Shown piece by piece: positions 22,901 to 36,585 of a DNA stretch of 64,000 nt (positions are counted from its first letter, which is position 1; every line of letters begins with the position of its first letter). The position numbers and the translations under genes were made by a program. This DNA is from Tubulanus polymorphus (lineage: Eukaryota > Animalia > Nemertea), in contig NC_134026.1 in assembly GCF_964204645.1 (NCBI RefSeq), forward strand, positions 18,200,150 to 18,264,149, read 5' to 3'. The notes beneath the pieces are model-generated. The model saw only the letters and a program-made list of their open reading frames with translations. It did no database searches and had not been told where the DNA came from.

Positions 22901-25199
22901 AACCTTTTCGATGATATTCTTTTTTTCCTGATCTTCAAATATGGCTTGATATTGAGTCAGAAAATCTTTTGATGCACTCAGTTTCTTCATCAGTGATTTC
23001 AGTCTGTAGAAGGCGATATCCTTATTCTCTGGTAAATTCAACCATAAGTCTTCGATCCATGGCCACCGAACCATGTAACGACCATCTTCAAAACTTATGG
23101 AGGCTTGAAATTTTTCTAACGCCTTGTCGTCACTAGATATCTTTATTTCTTCAGTTATACCAATTGCATCCAAGTCCCACAATCTTTCCACATGAGGGTT
23201 GGTGGCTGCCAATGCCATATCAGCCTTGGTATAAGAATGGAGGTTCGCAACCTCCTCCTCAGCATATGTCAAGATTAGCATACCAGGGTTTTGTTTCACA
23301 TCTATCGCACTTTCACTTACTGATCTTCCTGACAATAACCACCCCAATTTAGATTCAACCAAGAACAAGTTTTCTTCTACCTGTATCTTCCTCTGTTGTA
23401 CCAGGTTCAAATAATAATCGTTACCAACCAACAAATCTACTTCAAATGTTTTTTGAGTCTTTGGTAAAGTATCAGCCAGTGACATCTCTTGGTCTGACAA
23501 TATGACTTCTATTCTCTCTATCGTCTCAGGTCGAACGGGATTTTGATGAAGTTTACCCGTTATCATGGGTATTATGGTAATATGTAACGTCATCAAGCTA
23601 CCATCATTCAGTCTAATTTGCAAATATGATAACTTCCCATTGAGATATTTTGGTGTATTCGACCCAAACGTGTTGACAGGAATGTATTCTATTGCATACC
23701 AAGACAGCTTCAAACTTTTTGCTTTCAAGCTAGACATATACGTCCGATAGCTTCCAGTGTCGAATACTAGTCGACCATCAACTTTGTTTTTGGTTACCGG
23801 ATTCATCATGGATACCGTGGCTGTCTGCATACATACAAGTGGTCTGCCTACACCTGTAGCTACCATACTGAAATTCATTGTCAACATCCCGGATTCAGCT
23901 TCAGCTCCCCGTAGACTTGAACTCTGACTCGATTCAGCTACGCTACCACTAGCTGACGTAAACAAATTCGGACAAATGCTACGATGATGGTCTTTCCTCA
24001 CACCACAGTGTGCGCATAACCGGTTTACCATACATCTATCTTTTCTGTGACCCTTTTTCAGGCAAATATGGCAAACAGCCTTCAATTTCTTCTTCCGACC
24101 TTCAATTGTTGAAAATTTCGTGCACTCATCCGACCAATGGGAGTCAGTACAATAGAAACAGCGTGGAGAGTAACCACCGATGGCGCCTGTGGCAGCTAAC
24201 GTAGCCGACGGTGTATGTTGTCTTTTCTGATAATTGGTGAACTTGAAATTCGATCTCTGGTATTGGTGCTCATTGGGTTTAACCCTGCCAGTTGAACCAT
24301 CATTCTGGTTCCTCTCCGCAACTTCTCGTGCCGAGATATAATTATCGAGTGATTCTCGAAGTGACTTCACCGTCCACTTTTCGTCTTTTTCTTTCTGGAT
24401 TTCAATTGTTACCAAACATGCTTTGGGTAATTTGGACATGATAATCGATACGAAGACACTTTGATTAACGTCTTGTTTTAAGACCTCTAATGACCGTAAA
24501 TGTCTCTCAATATTGTCAAGAAGTTGACGTAGTTTTGCCGTTTGATTTGTTGACACTGGTAACTCGATGAGATTTACATAGTGCGCATTTATTAGCACTT
24601 GGGTATCCCCAAATCTTTCACAAAGCAGTTTAACTGCCACTTCATAATTGGCATTGGAGATCGTCAGACCAGCAATAGCATCTAGGGCTTCTCCAGTCAA
24701 CAAACTTTTCAAGTATGTCATCTTCTCCACATCGGATAGGTTTTCATTTTTATGTATCGATGTCTCAAAATGATCCCAAAATTCTTGATACTGCATGATA
24801 TCGCCCGAAAATTTAGCAATACTCAATTTGGGCAGACTGACAGATGTACTTTTTTCTTTACTAGTTGACGCCTTCTTCATACCAGTACTGTCTTCTGCTA
24901 CCGTCAATTGAGCCATGGCTTCCGTTGCCATAGCAATTATATCAGTGTCTTCCTCGTCGAAAGACGCCATAACTTTTTCTTCCTTCTTTCTTTCAGTATC
25001 CTCAACGATTGAATCAACAGACTCTGCCAATTCATCCAGGGCTCTTTCAAATTTTGAAAGATAATTTCCTATTAATATTTTGAGTGTGGCAACTTTTTTC
25101 CGTAGCTCACTCACGTCATCCTTTTTCGCTTCAGCTTCAGCCAACAACGACCTCTTTTTTTCAACCTCTTTTTTTATGAGGTTCATATACCTAGGTTCA
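19989..25199 (-). mobile_element. BEL/Pao LTR retrotransposon lacking integrase and 5' LTR
   Basis: 3' LTR 19989-20291 (minus TGTCGCG...CAAGACA) preceded by PPT GGTGGGAG; long gag-pol ORF; inserted in LINE A ORF1 (CPILQG|MEKRLNF). Confidence 0.9.
20882..25190 (-). CDS. BEL/Pao gag-pol polyprotein (DUF1759-like gag, 3 Zn knuckles, protease, RT, RNase H; no integrase)
   Basis: Open for >1,430 codons: LPKLSIAKFSGD, CFYC..H, FDTGS, YIPHHAV, VPFG, YVDN, FCDAS, WTDS, NPAD. After KNGI it jumps straight to a C-terminal tail. Confidence 0.9.
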
Positions 25200-28100
25200 T
25201 ATGGAAAAAAGACTAAATTTTGACGACGACATAACTGATCATCAATCATGTGAGGACATATCACATTCCACAGTTAAAACTCCTACTCATACTCAGTCTG
25301 CCGTCACTGACATGTCACCTGCAGAGAGCCGCACCGCTAGCTCGACAATTGTGCCCCCGAAACATATTATTATGGGTGACTCGAACTGCTCTCGCCTGAT
25401 GTTTACAGATATTCCGGAAAGCGTTCACGTGTGCAGCCTTTCGGGTGCAACGGCCCATGATGTAAATAAACTTCTCCAGAAAGTGGACCCGTCTATTGAA
25501 AATGCGAAAATAAAATCGATAATCTGCCATCTAGGGACCAACGACATGACTCGAAACAAAGATGATCATGACCAAACAATCCTGGATTTGTCAAAATGAT
25601 AAATATCCTTCGAAATACATTTCCCAGCGCTCAAATTAATGTATCTAGTATACTACCGCGTAAAGGAAAATGTAAGACTGCGCTAACCTACAATGACACT
25701 TCCTCAAAGATCAATAACTATCTTCGAAAGCTATGTGACAGTGAAAATCATTTGAACTATATAGACAATGACTTGGTATTCCAACCAAATTTTTTAGTTA
25801 ACCAGTCGTTATTTGATTCAACTGATAGGTCAGGAATCCATATTGGAATCGATGGTGCCAAAGAACTTACACAAGTCTTTCTTCGTGCATTGACACCGGA
25901 TCAGAATAAAAAAACGAACCAGAAGTCAGACATCATCATCCGATATTAGCCCAACTGTTCACATGGCCAAAAAGGACAGAATTTCAGTCCCGGATGATTT
26001 ACCGATAACATCAGTCTAATAATGCTACCTACTAACGAGTATTATCTACCCTATACTTATTCATCATCGACATCTTTAATAATAACAAATGTCAATACTT
26101 TGATGTACACTCTATTGTAGAGTTTGAAAAGCAACATTTTTCAATCTGTGCTTTATAAAACATTCGTAGTTGTAACAGAAATTTTGATACATTTTCATAT
26201 TTTTTTAGCAATTTAAAAACTGACTTTTCTATTTTCGGGTTAACCGAAACCTGGACTAGCGAACTTCATGATAATGTCAGGCTGTACAATCTCCCAGGTA
26301 TGAAAAGTGTTTTTAAGTGTAGAAAAAAATTGTCAGGGAGAAGGTTTGGCCCTATTTTTCAAAGAAAGTTTTAATGTGAAACTTAGACCAGATCTATCCG
26401 AGGATAGAAATACTTTTGAATGTCTATTTATTGAATTGATTCTTGAAAAAGAGAAAAATAAATTAATTGGTCTGATCTATCGACCACCCGGACAAAGCAT
26501 AAATGGCTTTAATAATGAATTAATTCCACTTTTAGCAAAATTTAATAGAGAAGACAAAGTATGCTATCTTATGGGCGATTTCAATATCGATTTACTACAA
26601 GTTAACGCCCACAGACCAACTGATAACTATTTAGAAAATATGACTTCATTTGGGTTCATTCCATTAGTTGATAAACCTACAAGAATCACTCCCACATCCT
26701 CGACGCTTATAGATAATATTTTTTGTAACGATATTCGCCATGTGTTTAGTACGGGTATTATTTGTACCGATATTTCGGATCATTTTCCAATTTTTACTGT
26801 CTGTAATCACGTTGAGCCCAAAATTGACCAAGAGGTGACTTCGAACAGGAACTATTGTGAACGTAACATTTCAAAATTCAATAGAGCTCTTCTGGCCACT
26901 AATTGGTGTCGGATATCTATAGTAATGCAGACCCGCAACTCTCATACAGCGCATTTAACACTAAATTCATGGAATTATATAATGAATGTTTTCCTTTTTC
27001 AACTTCCCGTAAAATAAACGAAAATAGATTACATAAACCGTGGTTATCATCTGGTTTATTGAAATGTATTAAACACAAAAATCGCTTGTACAGAAAATCT
27101 TTGCGTAATAGATCACATTTGAAAAATTATTTGAATTACAAACGTACCTTGTCTCGTACACTCAAATATGCCGAGAAAAAGTATTATGAGACTAAATTAC
27201 TTGCAGCCAAATCCGATATGAAAAAATCATGGAATATCTTAAACAGTCTAATTGGAAAATCTTCCAATGATCGGAGTAGATTACCTTGCTCTTTCAAAAG
27301 GAACGGTATCATTGTAAACGGCTATGAAAATATCGCTAATGAATTTAATTCTTTCTTTGTAAATATTGGTAGCAACCTAGCCAATCAAATACCAGATACA
27401 GGTGTCCACTTCAGTGAATATCTGACAGATCCAGTAAATTAAAACTTTTTCTTTTTCCCGACCCACCCTGATGAAATCAGTCAGATTGTAAATGATTTCT
27501 CACCCAGCAAAGGCGCTGGTGCTGATGGTTTCTCTGTAAAAGTAGTTAAGAAAATAATTGATTCTGTAAAATACCCGCTAACTCATATATTTAACTGTAG
27601 CTTAAATTCCGGTATAGTGAACTGAAGGTAGCGCGAATACGTCCACTCTATAAAGCTGGCAATAATGACTCTTTTGATAATTACAGACCGATATCCGTAC
27701 TGCCTTGCTACTCTAAAATTCTCGAAAAGATAGTGTATAATCGATTAACCGAATATTGTAACAAGTTTCACATCATTCAACCAAACCAGTTCGGCTTTCG
27801 AAAGAACCATTCAACTGCCATGGCCTTAACATTGATAACTGATGAAATTTCACTAAATTTAGAAGAAAACAAATCAACTATTGGGGTATTCTTAGATTTA
27901 CTAAAAGCCTTTGACACCGTTGATCACGAAATCTTATTAAGAAAATTATGTTTTTATGGAATAAGAGGCATCTCTAACAACTGGTTTGAAAACTATTTGA
28001 AGTATAGAAAACAATTTGTTCAAATTCAAAATTATAACTCCTCGTTATGTACCGTTAAAACTGGAGTACCCCAAGGCTCAATTTTAGGTCCCTTGCTTTT

Positions 28101-29424
28101 TTTATTATATGTAAACGACTGTATTAAATTTTCTAATGTGTTAAAACTTATATTGTTTGCCGATGACACAGTGCCTTTTATAGTGACATTAATTTAGACA
28201 GATTAGTACGTACAGTAAACATTGAATTATCAAAATTGTATACCTGGTTTCAAACAAACAAGCTGTCATTAAATGTAAAGAAGACGTCATTTATGGTGTT
28301 CGGTAAACTATTGAAACATAACTTGAGAATATCAATTAACAACATAGGGATCAAACAAGTCAATGTCACAAATTTTCTTGGAGTTTTTATTGACAGAAAT
28401 CTAACCTGGGACGATCAAATAAAATCAGTTGAAAAAAAAGTTTCTCGAAGCATTGGTATAATAAATAGAGTAAGATATAAGCTGCCAGTGAGTTCTCTTC
28501 GTACCCTTTATTTGTCGCTTATTGATCCTTACCTCCAGTATTGTAACTTAGTTTGGGGACGAAATTTTGAAAATGAACTTCAGCCATTAATTGTATTGAA
28601 AAAAGAGCTATCAGGCTAATTTCTAATTCCTATTATTTGGCGCACACTGACCCTATATTCAAATCGTTTAATATCCTCAAGCTCAAAGATATTAATACAC
28701 TTCAGCTAGGTAGTTTTATCTACAGATCTGTCCATTCCGAATTACCGAAATCATTCGAAAATTATTGGAGCCAAAATTTTCAAATCCACAGTCACAATAC
28801 TCGGCGACGTCAAGATTTACAAACACTTTCTTTCAATAGTCTAAGAAGAAAATTTTCAGTAAAAGTATCCGGCCCTTAACTTTGGAATAACATCAGTGAA
28901 AATCTAAAAAAAACATGGAAAATTCTAAACTGTTCCTAAGAAATTATAGTTTGTGCTTGATTTTATCATACAGTTATTCGAACTAAAATTATTGTTTTTG
29001 GAATATTTCAGAAAATAACTGGCTTATTAAATGATTATATCTTAATCAAGCTGTTATCATAGTTTACTTTGATTGCATTTTGTGTGTTAAGGGTTGACTG
29101 TGAGCATATTATTTTCTTTATTGCATTTCTCTTTTTTTCTTTTCTCTTCTGAGGGACCTGTTTTATACCTGTTTTTAACTATTCCTTAGTTTCTACAGGC
29201 CCCTCCAGGTCTAATTTACTGTATTTTGTATTATGCTTTGTACACTATGCTGTAAATTATATTTGAAAAATAAAGTGTTCAAATCAAAAATCAAAAATCA
29301 GAAGTAACTGCTCCGGTGTCTACTAGACACTGAAGAGTTTGTGGACCCATTTTCATAGGTATCCGTATGCGCATAACTGATGATTCTCGACTATATTCGT
29401 AATTGGAACAGACTTCTGAAGCTG

Positions 29425-29482
29425 GGAGGTGTGGGAACTCGGCAGAACTTACTCCCTCTTGTCCTGCCGCGTGGCGTTTCCC
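29425..29482 (-). promoter_or_regulatory. -1 frameshift signal with pseudoknot at the Gypsy A gag/pro junction
   Basis: Minus strand: CAG GGA AAC, 6-nt spacer, stem CGGCAGGAC/GTTCTGCCG, loop GGGAG can pair with downstream TTCCC; the -1 frame leads to LVDTGA. Confidence 0.75.
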
Positions 29483-30266
29483 TGTTCCAGAGGACAAAAC
29501 CTATTGATGTGGCCCCTGGCGTTACAGCTATGACAACGAACCTCTCTTGGCCCACTTTTCCATTGTAACTTAGACAGTGAAGTAGTCAGCTGAGCCGCTT
29601 GTACTTTCAGCTTTTCCAACTCAGAATCACCGCCCGATTTCTCAGAGACACTTTTCACAAAGAAGCGACCACATGCTTGCCGGTCGGCTTCTTACTTGGT
29701 ATACCCTTCTAACTCGACGGCTAGAGTGACGAGATCGTCGAGTGTTTTACTCTTGCTCATGAACAATTTCATTCTAAGCTCACTGTCGTCTAGAGCATCG
29801 AGAAAATGAGTGCGCCACAATCTGTCTTTTTGGAACATGTCCATGCCAGGATACGCTCGGTTACCTAACGTAATCAAGGCTTGCCCTAACTGTCTCAAAC
29901 TTTCATTTCTCTTCCTGTGCCTATTCCGTAATTCGGCCAAAAATAGCTCAGACTGGTGGCTAGCACCAAACCTATTTTGCAACGCCTGGACTAAACGTGT
30001 GAAATCTCTCTGATCGGAATACGGTAGAGAACAGGCAAGCTGTAAGAAAGTTGGTTTATACTGCACATATAAATAGAAAGTTTCCTGTTCCGGGTACTAA
30101 TGTATAAGTTTCATTTTTAACCCTAACAAAAATGTCCTCTTAAATATACCAAGAATTTGCAAAAACATGTATTATTTATTACAGACTGGATGATCTCTAT
30201 TTCAAATAACGATTCACAATTGTACATAACGCCATTTGTCTTTAAGAACGGTAATTTTATTTTAAG

Positions 30267-30672
30267 GTATTCATGTGGACACCGCCAGACGATTAACTTG
30301 CCGCGAGAAAACATTTGCTGTCAGAAGATACCGGAAGTCATCGAAAAAAATAATGAAACAAACCCAGTGCTCTCCTGTGTGACCGACCATCCTGGTCTGC
30401 CATCTGTGTCACTTGATCCATGGGGGCTTCAATGTGCTTGGTATGGCTATAGACAGCAATACAAAGAAAGAGCATTTGACGGACCACTTGAGGCTAAGTA
30501 TAGGCATATTGCCTATAGACAATTCGTTTGTTGGTGTTGAAAGATTCTTGGTGAAGGCTACCGTGTTGTTCTTCCATCTTGTGCCGTGATGTGCATTCGG
30601 GCACATTTTCATCCACCTGAGGATGAAGAGGATGCAATATTTATGGGTCATCGTTGGCCGAATTTAGATTAG
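30267..30672 (+). pseudogene. P2X7 cytoplasmic-ballast-like exon of the type carried by Kolobok-group transposons
   Basis: SCGH...ENICCQ...CVTDHPG...YRHIAYRQFVCWC*KILGEGYRVVLPSCAVMCIRAHF; acceptor TTTTAAG at 30260-30266; internal TGA 30538-30540. Confidence 0.75.
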
Positions 30673-30699
30673 CATGATTCTAAAGTTAAAAAGAAGTAG

Positions 30700-33000
30700 T
30701 ACGTAGATGCATGAACTTGTCTTAAGACTTCCCTTCGGTACTCAGAAGGTAAAAGTAATAATGTCGAATTTGGAAGATTTTCTCTTTTCTTAATGATATA
30801 CAATACACCATCGATCTTCTTCACAGATTACCAATGGGTCCAGAAAGATTTACTAGCCAAACTCTTGTCTGAAATCTTAGACCAAGACAGACGTTCTGGA
30901 TTGTCGATATATTTAAATATCCAACCAAATTCTGGATCTTTAAGTTGACCGCTACTCATCTCTTTTGGTGACCATCATTCTTTGTTGGGTAAAAATTCTG
31001 AAAATCCTAAATTTTCATTTCTTTCAGAAGTAACGTTGATTTGTCTGATGTATTTTCTCTTTTCAGCTCAGACCTCTGAACACGCTCCATTAATCCGATC
31101 ACACTGCCGGCAGGGAATTCTAGATAATGCATCAGCATTACCGTGACTACGTCCTGGTCTGTGAACGATCTCGAGATCATATGAATTCAGAACGGAGATC
31201 CATCGAGCGACTTGTCCTTCAGGTTCTCGAAATGACATCAACCATTTCAGCGACGCGTGATCAGTCCGTACTGTGAAGCGTTTATCAGCTAGGTAATACT
31301 TGAAATATTTCACAAAAACTACAACTGGCAATAATTCTCTTCGAGTTACGCAGTAATTTCTCTCTGTTTTTGATAAACAGCGACTTCCACAAGCGATTAT
31401 CCTCCCTTGTCCATCTTATATTTAGCTAACTACACCTCCTATTGCTAAAGCCGAAGCATCTGTGTCTAATTTAAAAAAGAGAGGTCCGGATCGGGAAATG
31501 CTAATATAGGTGCATTTTTAAGCATCTCCTTGAGAACTTGAAAAGTGTCTTCGCATTCAGTCGACCAGGTAAAAGGTTTTCCTTTCTCCGTCAGTCCATG
31601 CAAGGGTTTAGCAACGCCTGCGAAACCTTCACAAAATGAACGATAGTAAGAAGCCAATCCTAAAAAAGATCTGATTTCGGTGTTTTTTTTTCTGGAGTTG
31701 GCCAATTCTTAATCGCTAAAATTTTGTCTTCGCTACAGATAATTCCTTTGGAAGAAATGGTGTGTCCTAAGTAACGAACAGAAGTTTTAAAGAAATCACA
31801 CTTCTTGGGTTTGAGTTTCAATCTAGCAATCCGTAAACGATCAAAAACCATCCGAAGATTCCCTACCATTGATGTAAAACTATCAGCATGGAATAACACG
31901 TCGTCTAAATAGGCCAACGCTATCTAAGGTAAAAAACCGTCTAAGACTTTCTCCATTAATCTCTAAAATGTAGCTCCACTGTTCTTTAACCCCATCGGCA
32001 TTTTCCGGAATTGAAAGAGTCCCTTGTCTCCTACTACAAAAGCCGTTTTCTCTTTCGAGTCTTCGTGCACCCTCACTTGCCAGTATCCCGAAGCCAAGTC
32101 CATTGTGCTGAAATGTTTAATGCTCGATAACGACCGAATAGTATCGTCGATCCTCGGAAGTGGGTAACTGTCTGCTTTGGTAACTTCATTGACTTCTCTG
32201 TAATCAAGACATAGTAGGATAGTATAATCAGATTTCCTGACAACAACAATACTACTACACCAAGGACTTTCTGATTTCTCAATGACTTTGGCTTCTAACA
32301 TCTCGTCAATTAATTTGTTAACTTCTGTTTGTGTTGGTAATCTCCTAAACTACCGTTGTTTGATAGGTGGCGCTTCTCCAACTTCAGTATGATGAGAAAC
32401 TCCTCTCGCTTCGCCTAGATCTAGATTGGTTCTTGCGAAAATATCTGAATATTCGGTCAATGAGCGTTTTACTTCGAGTGATTCGTATTCATCAAGTTCT
32501 ACGCAACTACGTTTATATAAGTCTTCTAAAAATTCTGGTAAGTCTTACTTGATTTCGAGGTATTTTCATTCTCCTTTGAGTGATACACCGCTTTTACTTC
32601 ATTCAATACAGCGAATGGAGTTCCGCTACGAACTATCCTCGGTTTGTCACTTAGATTCATTGCTCTAACAGCGTAGGACTTCTTGTTCAAATGTACTACT
32701 TCTTTAGCAACGCAAAGATCGGTGCCAAGTTTCCGACTATTTGACGTTTCTAAAATGGCCCACTTGCCATCAGGTGGAATTGAGTTAATATATGAGGGAA
32801 TTGTAACCTCCGACAGGGCAGGAATAACAACTTTCTTCAAACTTCTGACTTTGGTTAAGTTCATCTTTCTATCATCGGATTTTTCACTCGTCGTTTACAT
32901 CATATATATCTCGTCGATTTTTCGGAGGTAACAAATTTATCAAAGCTGTCACTTCCTCCTCAGCGACAATGGCCCTTCGTTTCCCGAAAATCGTTGTGGC
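30700..33000 (-). mobile_element. Gypsy retrotransposon C fragment (gag end, RT, RNase H, start of integrase), degenerate
   Basis: SPWCS, DSYPLPRI, DLASGYWQ, YLDD, TDHASL, NADALSR, LLLPSEYRREVLRQVH; G GGA AAC slippery site at 32979-32985. Confidence 0.85.
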
Positions 33001-36000
33001 CTGAAATACATTAGTTAGTATATAAACCATCTTTTTTAGGTTAGAAAAATGATACCTTGTTTCTCCACCTTCTCTACCCACCAAAGCCACCAGACAGGCA
33101 GGTGTTGTTTTTATTTATCTAAAAAAGGAACACAAATTTGTGGAAACTCGGCACGTGGCAGGCAGGATTTTATTTTTATTAGGATTTTATATTTTTATTT
33201 AAACAATATGTAACTTTCTAGTTTACCTTCGTCAGCGATATGATGTTGGCATTGAGCCAATTCATGTAATATCGCGGTACGTTTTTTGTGTGAGCATTTG
33301 TTTCATTGGTTCTCGGCTAAAACGACGTATAATCGATGCGACTGAAGACATGGCGAACCTCCGTCGATGACATGGTCAACTGAGTTAAAATTCTACGAAA
33401 AACTGTTTTGGCGGGAAAATTCTTAGCTCTCGCGTATAAAATTGCAATGACCTCGATTGGGGGCGTCGTCTCTACGAGCGAATGGGATTGGCTGTTTTTG
33501 GGATAAACGGGGAATTCCGGCGCTACTAAAATAATTATGGGAAAGCTATAGAATGGCATACGTTTCATTGGACTAGGTGCCGTAGACGTGCGAATTTTAA
33601 ATGCTGATTGCTGGTGAGGATGTAATTATTTCACACATCCGCCATAGGTATTGTTTCATTTTAATACCCGGTGATTGTTTTGATTGACATTGAAGTGTAA
33701 GCGAACATTCACTTACACGAGGCCTCCACCTGTGCGCGCAGAGTGCTACACGACATATACACAAGCTCGTACAGTACACTACTCAAGGTGATGCTGTAAC
33801 GCGTGCGCGTTTGACATGAAAATAGGCTGAATAATCGTAGCAGAAGATGAGCGCTGTGTTTTCTGTTTGATAGAATTTGTAATAAATTGTAATTTCTTGT
33901 GAACTGAAAATATTTAGCAACAAAGTATAGGTCGAGGTCTGAATATTGTAGTCGTTGAGTAATTTTTCCTAAATCCGAATTGGTTATGATCAATAATTTC
34001 AAATTTATCACAAAAAGCGACTAAACGTTTATGAACGAGTTTTTCTAGTATCTTAGAAAAACATGTTAAAATAGATAAGGGTCGATAATTGTCAAAGGAA
34101 TCGCATTCACCTTTTTTATACAGAGGGCACACCCGAGCAATTTTGAGTTCAGCAGGGACCACTCAAGGCTATTGTTGAATATATGAGTAAGTGGATATTT
34201 ATTACATCAATTATTCTTTTAACTATTTTCATAGAGATCCCGTCAATGCCAATACCTTTATTTCCAGAGAATTTATTTACTATTTCATCAATTTCTTGCG
34301 AGTTTGTTGGGAAGAAAAAGAAGTTTTCATTATTAGGACGATTTAAATAAAAGCTGAAATTTTTTCAGACTCGGGGATCGTATTTGCTAAACGATGTCCA
34401 ATATTAACAAAAAAAGTATTAAACTCATTTGCAATGTTTAAACTACCACTGACAGTTACGTTGTTTAGCTTAAAGGAAGCTGGTAGTTGTTCTTTGACGG
34501 AGTTACTTCCAATAACTGTTTTTAAGATTTTCCACGTAGCTTTCATATCATTCTTTACACCAAATAACTGAGTATCATAGTAACCTTTTTCAACAGCTTT
34601 TAATAAACGTGATAATAATCGCTTATATTCTAAATAACGGGATTTAAAAGCAATATCTGAATTATAAAGTGTTTTCCTATATAAGTTATTTTTATATTTA
34701 ATAGAGTTTAACAAGCCCGTAGTTAACCAGGGTTTAGACTCATTGGTTTTTGCATTCATGCGTTTGATAAATGGAAAGCATGTATCGTATAAATGAGTAA
34801 ATTTAGAAATAAATACAGTATACGACCTTTGTGGGTCATTTTCATTATAAATAGCCGACCAATCACACGCTATTAAGCTCCTATAGAATCTATCAATATT
34901 ATGATCACTAAAGTTTCTAGTTGAGTAAGTACAATTATTGCAGACACGTTTACGTTGATCACACATTGTGAAAATTGGAAAATGATCAGAAATATCTGTA
35001 CATAATATGCCCGAGTTAAATACATTTTCAACATTATTACAAAAAATATTGTCAATTAGACTGGATGAATTATTGGTCACCCTGGTTGGTTTATCAATAA
35101 GTGGGTAAAAGGATGAAGCTATCAGATTATCTAGAAATGATTCAGTAGGCTTGTGAACTTCTGATTGAAGTACATCAATGTTAAAATCACCAATCAAATA
35201 ACAATCTTTTCTTTCCCTATTTAGCTTGTCTAATAGTAAATTAAATTCAACTAAAAAAGTAGATATACTTAGCCCCGGAGGTCTGTATATAATACCAATA
35301 ATCTTATTCTTTTTACTCTTACAAATAATTTCAAGAAAGAGAGATTCAAATACCTCATTATTACCAGAAAGATCTGGGCGTATTATAGTTTCGTAATCAT
35401 CTTTGAAATAAAGGGCAACGCCACCACCCTTTACATCATTCGAGCGGCTTTTAAGAAATACTATCGTAGCCAGATAGTTTATAAAGATTATTGTTATGGG
35501 CATTATCATTACTCCAAGTCTCAGTAAGTCCTATGATAGAAAAATCGGATTTTATACAATTGATGTAGTCAGTGAAAGAATCAAAATTTTTGTTGCAACT
35601 TCTGATATTAAAAGTGCAAATTGAAAATTGACTTTTATCGAATTCAAAGTTATTCTCATCGAAATACTGACAATCATTAGATGAAGATGGATTGTTAGTC
35701 ATAGACTGATGGATAATAATACACTTCAAACTGCAGTAACAGGTGAGTCACCAGAAATAATCCTGTCCTTTTTAGTCAGTTGGCTACAACTGGGACTGAT
35801 GATAGCAGGTGACGTCTGACTATGAGATCTTTTCTTGTTTCTATCCGACGGTAAAGCAAATGCATTCAGAAATGTGGCTGTTAGTTCTTTGGCTCCGTCT
35901 ATTCCTAAATGAACTCCACTCTTATCCATGGAATCGAAGAGGGCTCGTGTAACACCAGCTTGGTTAGGGCGGAACTTTTCATCATTGTCGATATAAAATA

Positions 36001-36585
36001 GTCTTTCGTCGCTATTACACAGTTTTTTTAGATAGTTATTGACGGCCGTGGCAGATTCATTAAGTGCCATTATTGTCTTGCTCCGTCCTCTACGGGGGAG
36101 GATACTGGATACATGAATTTCAGAATTTGGAAATCTAGTAAGTAGTGTATTTGTAGCTTTGGATAAGTCGAGAATAGTTTGATCATTATCGTCCTTGTTT
36201 AAAGAAATGTCATTTGTTCCTAGATGACAAATAACACGTTTTACTAGGCTACTGTCTAATTTCGGGTTAAGCTTGAGTAATTGTTGATCAATACCATGAG
36301 CGGTTGCGCCTGGCAAACTGTCAACATGAATACTACTGGGCAGGTCAGTGAATATAAGGCGCCTGCAGTTAGAGTCTCCTATGATCAGGTAATCCGCGGT
36401 CGGATTGTCAACAACAAGAGGCGTTGTTGTAAATTCAACTCGCGCTGAGTTTTGAATTGTGTCTGACTGGTGATCACTGATACTATTTTCGTCATAGAAT
36501 TTTTTGCAACAATAGACGAAGTTTGTCAGTTAGAAAATCAGGGGGTATAGCTATTGCCATCAGATATGACATATCTCAATATGTG

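Larger units (their letters stand above)
15101..29300 (+). mobile_element. Full-length CR1-group (L2/Crack-like) LINE A with two nested insertions
   Basis: Flanked by GAAG (15097-15100, 29301-29304) inside the Gypsy A protease. ORF1 (RRM-like, 3x CCHC, SGNH esterase) ~15200-15504 + 19645-19988 + 25200-26019. ORF2 APE+RT ~26100-28880, frameshifted (GDFN, SDHFP, GVPQGSILGP, FADDT). Ends AATAAA + (AAAATC)n. Confidence 0.9.
8395..30066 (-). mobile_element. Gypsy LTR retrotransposon A (gag-pol, degenerate, LTRs lost); outer host of the nest
   Basis: gag 29449-30066 (CHSCNARGHINRFC); protease LVDTGAVTS|ILSVK split by the LINE at 15101-29300; RT 14060-14330 and 9354-9805 (YLDD); RNase H 8897-9394 (DTDAS, TDHASL, NADALSR); integrase 8395-8788 (DYFTKW, SDQGSNF, YHPQSDGLVER). 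Confidence 0.9.

Noticed and set aside
25190-25264. N-terminus MICPHMIDDQ... of the 1460-aa ORF
   Set aside because: It is the antisense of LINE A ORF1 beyond the BEL junction, not BEL gag.
26017-26024. TAATAATG stop-start coupling between LINE A ORF1 and ORF2
   Set aside because: The ATG is out of frame with the nearest conserved ORF2 motif in this decayed copy, and LINE B lacks the overlap.
36512-36520. ATAGACGAA as an inverted templated copy of the LINE B target site
   Set aside because: It is also in-frame RTEX2 coding sequence (NRR), so it is probably coincidence.
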